Source: Fibrobacteria bacterium (GTDB lineage: Bacteria; Fibrobacterota; Fibrobacteria; UBA11236). From it: a stretch of 21,757 nucleotides of DNA. The notes beneath the pieces are model-generated. The model saw only the letters and a list, made by a program, of their open reading frames with translations, was not told the origin of the DNA and did no database searches. How positions within the stretch are numbered: position 1 is the stretch's first letter; every line of letters begins with the position of its first letter. Where the stretch lies: positions 1-21,757 of the forward strand of contig JBGTHM010000017.1 of NCBI GenBank assembly GCA_041746255.1, written 5' to 3'. Below, piece by piece: positions 16,542 through 21,757 of the stretch. The translations under genes were made by a program, and so were the position numbers.

Positions 16542-18359
16542 ATGCTCCGAATGGAATTGCCTTGGATTACTTTTTCGACGCTTCTATCAATCGCCGTGGT
16601 TGCGCCCAGTTCGGCACAGCCGCTAAGCTGGAAAAATACCGGCAATTTCGACTACGCGAAACACCTTGCCAAAACGCCCTCCCAAGGCGCTGGCCTTCCG
16701 GACATGCCCCCGGGTTTTGAAGCATCGCTGGCGCATCCCAATAACTTTAATCCGGTTGTGAGTGGATTGGACTTCCTTTCCGATGGGCGTATGGTGCTTT
16801 TACACTCATCCTATATGAGTAGGGGCGCCATAATCTACTTGGTAGAAAATGCCAGCGGCCCGCGGGAAAATATCAAGTTCACGAAAATAGCGGAAAACCT
16901 GTTGGCTCCTTTTGGAGTGAAGGTCATCAATGATGAGATTTATTATACGGCGCAGGATGGAATTTGGAAGCTGGTAAAAACCGGGAGTACCCCGGAAAAG
17001 TGGGAGATCAAATTCCTCGCCAAATACATCGTTCCCGGAATGGAAGCCGGAGCGTCGAAAGGATCCCGCTATCCCTTCTTCAATATCGTTCTTGCCAACG
17101 GTGGACTCTATTTCGGCAACGGCGCCTATAAAAATTTCAACCCTCCGGGTACCAACGAAGGGTATGCGGTGCGCTATGATTTGGCTACCGGGGAGCAGGA
17201 AGTAATCAGCAAAGGCCTCCGAATGCCCAATGGGATGGGGGCAAATGCTGCCGGAGACGTTTTCTACGCCGATAATCAGGGCGAGTATCGGCCCGGGAGC
17301 CCCATTTACCATTTGGGAAAAGGGAGACACTTCGGCATGGCCGCAGTCCGGGGCCTGGAAGATAATCAAGGCGGACATATGAAGAACATGTTTCCTCCCC
17401 CTCCAGCCGATTCCATCACCCCTCCGGCGGTATGGGTGCCCTTCGGCGACGAGAGTCGTTCCCTAACCAATATGCACTATCTGAACCATACGGGTTTCCA
17501 AGGCCAATTTCTGGTCGGCGACAACGCTAAAGGCGTAGTACATCGAATTTTTTTGGAAAAAGTAAAAGGCGAGTATCAGGGTGCTTCCTTTCAATTCAGC
17601 GGAATCCTGGAAGCCGGAATCCAGAGTTTCGCCACGGGACCGGATGGTACGATATTCGGAGGCGCGCTCGGACAAGGGGCCGGACATAATTGGAAAGGCC
17701 GGAAGCAAGGTTTGATGAAATGGAAGCCTATAGGAGGGCCACTGCAAGCCATTGAACGGGTTTCCTCCCAAAGTGAAGGATTTGATATTGTTTTCACCGA
17801 GCCTTTGGCTGCCAATGCCATTAAACCGGAAAATTTCTGGGTTCACTCCTATCGGTATGAACCCACTTCCGATTATGGCGGGCCCGCCGTTGATAAACGC
17901 AATCATAAGATCACCAAGCTGGAAACCAACTCAGATCGAAAAACCCTCGCAATTACCGTGGACGGCTTGGAACCTAAGCGCATCTACCGTATCATGCTAG
18001 CTACCGATGTTAAAACGGCCGACAATCTTCCCCTGTTCACACGTAATGCATGGTATACTTTGAACCAAATCAGCGATGTCGCGCCGTTGGCGACTATTGT
18101 TGCCTCCATAAATCGGGTTGACCGCAAATCCTCGGGAGCGCAATTCGAGCGCAAAGCCGGATCTCTGCGGGTTCGCATGCCATCTGACGGAGCGTATAGT
18201 CTGCGAATCCTCGACTTGCGCGGTGCGCAGGTTGCGGAGGTGACTGGCCATGGCCCAGGAGAGCGTGTCATTAAACTTTCCACTAGGTCTCCTTTGATAA
18301 CGATTTTGACTACAGCTACGGGTAAGTTTACCCAGGTCATCGACCCCGAAGGCCCTTAA
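16542..18359 (+). CDS. Secreted beta-propeller protein (sugar-dehydrogenase-like superfamily) with Ig-like domain and T9SS-CTD-like tail
   Basis: 605 aa; SD GGAGG; signal peptide. Motifs SGLDFLSDGRM, GLRMPNGMG, FYADNQGEY, PPAVWVP, FQGQFLVGD, RIFLEKVKGEYQGA, GPDG, GFDIVFTEPL, Y.PT.DYGGP, AWYTLN. Tail ILDLRGAQVA. Confidence 0.8.
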   Translation: MLRMELPWITFSTLLSIAVVAPSSAQPLSWKNTGNFDYAKHLAKTPSQGAGLPDMPPGFEASLAHPNNFNPVVSGLDFLSDGRMVLLHSSYMSRGAIIYLVENASGPRENIKFTKIAENLLAPFGVKVINDEIYYTAQDGIWKLVKTGSTPEKWEIKFLAKYIVPGMEAGASKGSRYPFFNIVLANGGLYFGNGAYKNFNPPGTNEGYAVRYDLATGEQEVISKGLRMPNGMGANAAGDVFYADNQGEYRPGSPIYHLGKGRHFGMAAVRGLEDNQGGHMKNMFPPPPADSITPPAVWVPFGDESRSLTNMHYLNHTGFQGQFLVGDNAKGVVHRIFLEKVKGEYQGASFQFSGILEAGIQSFATGPDGTIFGGALGQGAGHNWKGRKQGLMKWKPIGGPLQAIERVSSQSEGFDIVFTEPLAANAIKPENFWVHSYRYEPTSDYGGPAVDKRNHKITKLETNSDRKTLAITVDGLEPKRIYRIMLATDVKTADNLPLFTRNAWYTLNQISDVAPLATIVASINRVDRKSSGAQFERKAGSLRVRMPSDGAYSLRILDLRGAQVAEVTGHGPGERVIKLSTRSPLITILTTATGKFTQVIDPEGP

Positions 18360-18378
18360 ATACCCCATTTTTTGGCGA

Positions 18379-18412
18379 TTTAGGCCGACACTCCCATGGG
18401 TGTCGGCCTAAA
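18379..18412. terminator. Strong stem-loop downstream of the 16542-18359 gene (terminator or mRNA-end hairpin)
   Basis: Perfect 13-bp stem TTTAGGCCGACAC / GTGTCGGCCTAAA with an 8-nt loop, starting 20 nt after the stop. No U-tract follows on the + strand, so function is uncertain. Confidence 0.55.
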
Positions 18413-18495
18413 GGAAATCATCGAAATCCTCAATTATCTCGAACTAATTTTCCGAAAATACCGACTTCCACCGACATCATTACTTTGGCGATAAG

Positions 18496-18515
18496 ATGTT
18501 TTATTCAAGAAACAC
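18496..18515 (+). promoter_or_regulatory. Conserved 20-bp operator-like site 5 (ATGTTTTATTCAAGAAACAC)
   Basis: TGTTT-N8-AAACA, about 80 nt upstream of the ThuA-domain gene; matches the consensus with two deviations in the right arm. Confidence 0.62.
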
Positions 18516-18598
18516 AATTTAGGCTCCTTATCCGTAACTATCACGCTCTAAACTTTGCTGCGCGGTAGATTAAATCAGAACTAATAGAGGTGGTGGTA

Positions 18599-19798
18599 AT
18601 GGGTTTTCGATTAAAGCCAGTGCGGGATTTTCAAGGCTGGATAAACCCCGTTAAAAACCGGTTCGGGATGTTGGTTGGAAAGAACAAAATCTTATTCAAT
18701 TTAATCCTCTCACTGGCAATCTGCGCTACTGCTGTCCGCTCCGATGCAACCGGCCTGAAAACACAGGCGGATCCTTTTCTCACACCCAGATTGAAAAAAG
18801 CGCTTCTATTCGTCAGTGGAACCTCCGATAAAGGTATTCGGGACTATATCAAAAAACTTGCCGGTGAAAATGGGTTCGTAGTGGATGAAGGGAAGGCGGC
18901 TGCCTTCACCGCAGCAAATCTTTCCAATTACCAATTGGCGATATTCGCCAGCGATTACACTATCAATTTCAATGCCACCCAGAAAAAGGACTTTGAAAAT
19001 TGGTATCGAAAGGGAAACGGAGCGATTTGCATTCATGCTTGCGGGCGCGGCTTCATTCAAGATGATTGGCCCTGGTATGGTCAGGTTCTCGGAGGCACCC
19101 TGAAAAACCATACGCCCATCACGAAGGGAATGGTTCATATCGACGAGGAGGGGAAAAATCATCCCATTCTCTCCGAGCTGGGAACACAATCCATGACATG
19201 GACCGACGAATGGTTTTATTGGAGAAAGAATCCGCGCGGATCCCCGGGACTTACCGTGCTTTTGAACGCGGATAAAAGTCTGTTTACCGGGTCCCATCAG
19301 CAAACATATGATGACTATCCCCATGCATGGGTGAAGGAAAGTGATGGAGGGCGTTTTTTCTATTGGGCCGGGCTCCATACCAAGGAGGCGATAGAAATCC
19401 CTTTCATTCAGAAATTCATGTTGAACGCTGTTCACTACATCGCCGGTTCCGACACAATACGAACCGGATGCATGAATCCTGGTTTTAAGGAGTTCAATCG
19501 TTACGCGACGATATCCACTCCGGGCGCATGCCAATCTCCCGTTTCCCTTAAGGCCATTCCTCAAGACCTGGGAAATGCGTTTAGTCTGTCAGGGAATAGC
19601 ATCCAGGTTTCACTTAACGAATGGTATTTGCTAAGGGTAACCATGGCTAACGGCACGGAAGTGTTGCTGAAGGAATCAGCCGGTCCCGGTAATTTTTCTC
19701 TCCCGGAAAATTTGCAGCAGGGAATCTATTTCATCAGTTTCCGGACAAAGCATTTTCAAGTGCAAAAGCGGGTCGTAACGGTAGGCGGAGTAAAGTAG
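18599..19798 (+). CDS. Secreted ThuA-like domain protein with T9SS-CTD-like tail
   Basis: ATG 18599 follows GAGGTGG (alternatives GTG 18590 and ATG 18668). ThuA motifs G...IHA, WPWY..VLGG...H, HPIL, DEWF....NPR, YPHAW....GGRFFY...H. Then GCMNPGFKEFN..A......C and a tail ending GIYFISF...KRVV. Confidence 0.83.
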   Translation: MGFRLKPVRDFQGWINPVKNRFGMLVGKNKILFNLILSLAICATAVRSDATGLKTQADPFLTPRLKKALLFVSGTSDKGIRDYIKKLAGENGFVVDEGKAAAFTAANLSNYQLAIFASDYTINFNATQKKDFENWYRKGNGAICIHACGRGFIQDDWPWYGQVLGGTLKNHTPITKGMVHIDEEGKNHPILSELGTQSMTWTDEWFYWRKNPRGSPGLTVLLNADKSLFTGSHQQTYDDYPHAWVKESDGGRFFYWAGLHTKEAIEIPFIQKFMLNAVHYIAGSDTIRTGCMNPGFKEFNRYATISTPGACQSPVSLKAIPQDLGNAFSLSGNSIQVSLNEWYLLRVTMANGTEVLLKESAGPGNFSLPENLQQGIYFISFRTKHFQVQKRVVTVGGVK

Positions 19799-19845
19799 GC
19801 AACCAAAGGCCTTAGCCACGAAAATCAATAGAACTAAGGATTTAT

Positions 19846-21513
19846 ATGAAGACAAATGGGGAACGGCAAACAAGCAGATTAACCGGGAGAATAAATATGC
19901 GCTCTTGGATAATTGTCCCATTTTTGGGCTCGCTGATTTTCGGAGCCGATGAAAGGCCAAACATCTTATTCGTCAATTTGGAAGACATCGGCCCCCATCT
20001 CAGTCTATTGGGAACTCCCGAGGTTTCCACTCCGGTTTTGGATAAATTGGCAGGGGAAGGGCTGTATTTTACGCAAACCTATACTTCCGGTCCCACCTGC
20101 TCGGTTTCCAAGGCCGCGCTGTATACAGGCCATTATCCGCACAGCAACAATTTACGCTCAAATGTGGACGCGCATGCATCGGCTTTGAGCAAGAACAACG
20201 CCGTATTCGATTCAATTCCCTCCATCACGGAATTGCTCAAAAAAGCCGGCTATCGCACCGCCCTAAGTGGCAAGTTTCATGTTTATCCGCCCACTAAATT
20301 CGTTTTCGACGAACGCAATTCGGATGAGTTGAAATTCATGAGCAGGACCGATAAACCCTGGTTTTTGATACCCAGGAGCGAAGGGGCTCACCGACCGCAT
20401 ACCATGAAGCAAGCCGGACCCGATCCCGATCGAAAGAAGGTGGATTATCCGGGCCATTTGCCTGACTTGCCTGTAGTCCGTGATGATTGGGCCCAATACC
20501 TGCGCAAGGTCCAAGGCGCCGATAAGCAGTTGGCGACTATTATCGATAAACTGGTGAAATCCGGTCAGAAGGACAAAACCATAATCATCATAACAAGCGA
20601 CCACGGGCCGTGTTATCACGCTCGGGGAAAATACACTCCTTACAGCCTTGGAATGCACGTTCCCTTGATTATTATCGGTCCGGAAAAGTGGGTGAAAAAA
20701 CGTCCCGGCCACGTCACCTCGCTGGTTAACCATATAGACCTTATGCCGACCATTTTGGATTATGCGGGAGCGCAAATACCTGTCGAAGTCCAGGGAATTT
20801 CCCTGCGCCCCTTTCTGGAAGGAAAGCGTGAAACCACCGGCAACGACTATACCTACGGTGAAGTTACCCATAGGAATGGGGGGATGGACATGAAGATGGT
20901 GGAAGAGCGTACGGTATATGACGGCCGGTATCGCCTCGTTTTCCACGATAACCGCGACCTCAAATGGTTTCAACCCGCGGATGCTACCAATGTAAACAGC
21001 TGGAAGAACTACGTATATCAAGCGGTTATCGACAATAAGGCCAAATTCCCCAAGGAGTATAATTTCCTGGCGCAAAGGGACCACAACCTTCCTGAAAGAC
21101 CGCCGGAATTCGAGTTGTTCGATGTCCAAAACGACAAATGGGAAGTGAACGATATATTCGGGAAGCCGGAAGTGGCCGGTGCGCAAAACAGGCTGATAAA
21201 GGCCTTAAAGGATTGGGCGATTCGCACGCATGATAAATACATCGACATCAGTAAACTGAAATATGATGCATCCGGTTTGAGCGTTAATCGCCTTACGAAT
21301 TCCAAATCGCCGATTTTCAGCTTTCAAGGAAGAACGGTTTTCGTGAACATTGAAAGCAGTTACCGCTTGGAAGTCCGGAATATCAAGAATGAAATTATTA
21401 AAAGTGAAAATTCATCCGCAGGTCTATCTAACCATACCATGAATCCCGGGGTATACTTTTTCACCGTTTATGCGGGTCAAGGGGTGCATTCTCAAAAACT
21501 GGTTCTGTTTTAA
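19846..21513 (+). CDS. S1 sulfatase, sulfamidase-like, paralog of 5225..6928, with T9SS-CTD-like tail
   Basis: 555 aa; alternative start ATG 19897 has GGAG upstream and leads directly into a signal peptide. Motifs RPNILFVNLEDIG, CSVSKAALYTG, GKFH, HRP, TSDHG, DLMPTILD. Tail PGVYFFTV...KLVLF. Confidence 0.9.
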   Translation: MKTNGERQTSRLTGRINMRSWIIVPFLGSLIFGADERPNILFVNLEDIGPHLSLLGTPEVSTPVLDKLAGEGLYFTQTYTSGPTCSVSKAALYTGHYPHSNNLRSNVDAHASALSKNNAVFDSIPSITELLKKAGYRTALSGKFHVYPPTKFVFDERNSDELKFMSRTDKPWFLIPRSEGAHRPHTMKQAGPDPDRKKVDYPGHLPDLPVVRDDWAQYLRKVQGADKQLATIIDKLVKSGQKDKTIIIITSDHGPCYHARGKYTPYSLGMHVPLIIIGPEKWVKKRPGHVTSLVNHIDLMPTILDYAGAQIPVEVQGISLRPFLEGKRETTGNDYTYGEVTHRNGGMDMKMVEERTVYDGRYRLVFHDNRDLKWFQPADATNVNSWKNYVYQAVIDNKAKFPKEYNFLAQRDHNLPERPPEFELFDVQNDKWEVNDIFGKPEVAGAQNRLIKALKDWAIRTHDKYIDISKLKYDASGLSVNRLTNSKSPIFSFQGRTVFVNIESSYRLEVRNIKNEIIKSENSSAGLSNHTMNPGVYFFTVYAGQGVHSQKLVLF

Positions 21514-21554
21514 GGCCGGTTTTCTAAAACCAAGATACTGCAAGGGAAAACGCT

Positions 21555-21757
21555 ATGGCTTATGCGAAATCACTTTTAATATCGACCTTGACAGTCGTTT
21601 CCTTTCTTTTCGGACAGGAAACCTGGAAGGATAACGGCAGTTTTAACCACAATAGCCATTTGAATAATATGCCGGGTCAGCCAAGGAACCCGAATGGTAT
21701 TCCACCGGGATTCAACAGCAGTATCGCTCATCCTTCCAGTTTTAAAGTGGCTGTAGG
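21555..21757 (+). CDS. 5' part of a secreted protein paralogous to 16542..18359 (runs off the window)
   Basis: Hand translation MAYAKSLLISTLTVVSFLFGQETWKDNGSFNHNSHLNNMPGQPRNPNGIPPGFNSSIAHPSSFKVAVG aligns with WKNTGNFDYAKHLAKTPSQGAGLPDMPPGFEASLAHPNNFNPVVSG of the 16542 protein. AAGGGA lies upstream. Confidence 0.82.
   Translation, partial: MAYAKSLLISTLTVVSFLFGQETWKDNGSFNHNSHLNNMPGQPRNPNGIPPGFNSSIAHPSSFKVAV

Noticed and set aside
20062..20081. Motif-like sequence CTGTATTTTACGCAAACCTA
   Set aside because: It lies inside the sulfatase CDS in antisense orientation with three mismatches at conserved positions; probably chance.
20263..21186. 307-aa antisense ORF (also 18806..19564, 2237..2809, 9460..10029, 16806..17378, 8030..8575 and other short overlapping ORFs)
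   Set aside because: They lie wholly opposite or within well-supported genes, have no recognisable motifs and look like antisense or off-frame shadows.
1..21757. CRISPR arrays, tRNA/rRNA genes, IS elements, integrases or defence genes
   Set aside because: No regularly spaced direct repeats, RNA-gene signatures or transposase/integrase motifs were seen. The recurring 20-mer is dispersed and degenerate, not an array.

Overview
A cluster of exported carbohydrate-processing genes, most likely from a Fibrobacterota genome. The taxonomic call is inferred from a TIGR02147/DUF4423-type HTH gene coupled to a DUF2341/LamG lipoprotein and from the many proteins ending in T9SS-CTD-like tails. Left to right: a truncated SGNH/GDSL hydrolase (-, absent from the ORF track); two glucose/sorbosone-dehydrogenase-like beta-propellers (-); a sulfatase / heparinase II-III-like lyase / PL8 lyase operon (+); an unusual multidomain protein with a beta/gamma-crystallin-like module (-); the HTH + lipoprotein pair (+); a third propeller protein (+); a ThuA-domain protein (+); a second paralogous sulfatase (+); and the start of a fourth propeller protein (+, absent from the ORF track). 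The main new signal is a 20-bp quasi-palindrome, consensus nTGTWTTAYnnARRATACAG. It occurs once in each of five upstream intergenic regions, always oriented toward the nearest secreted-protein gene, and may be the operator of an undescribed regulon, possibly read by the TIGR02147 protein. Both sulfatases carry a non-canonical CSVSK signature instead of CxPxR. All family assignments come from motifs recognised by eye; no searches were run.
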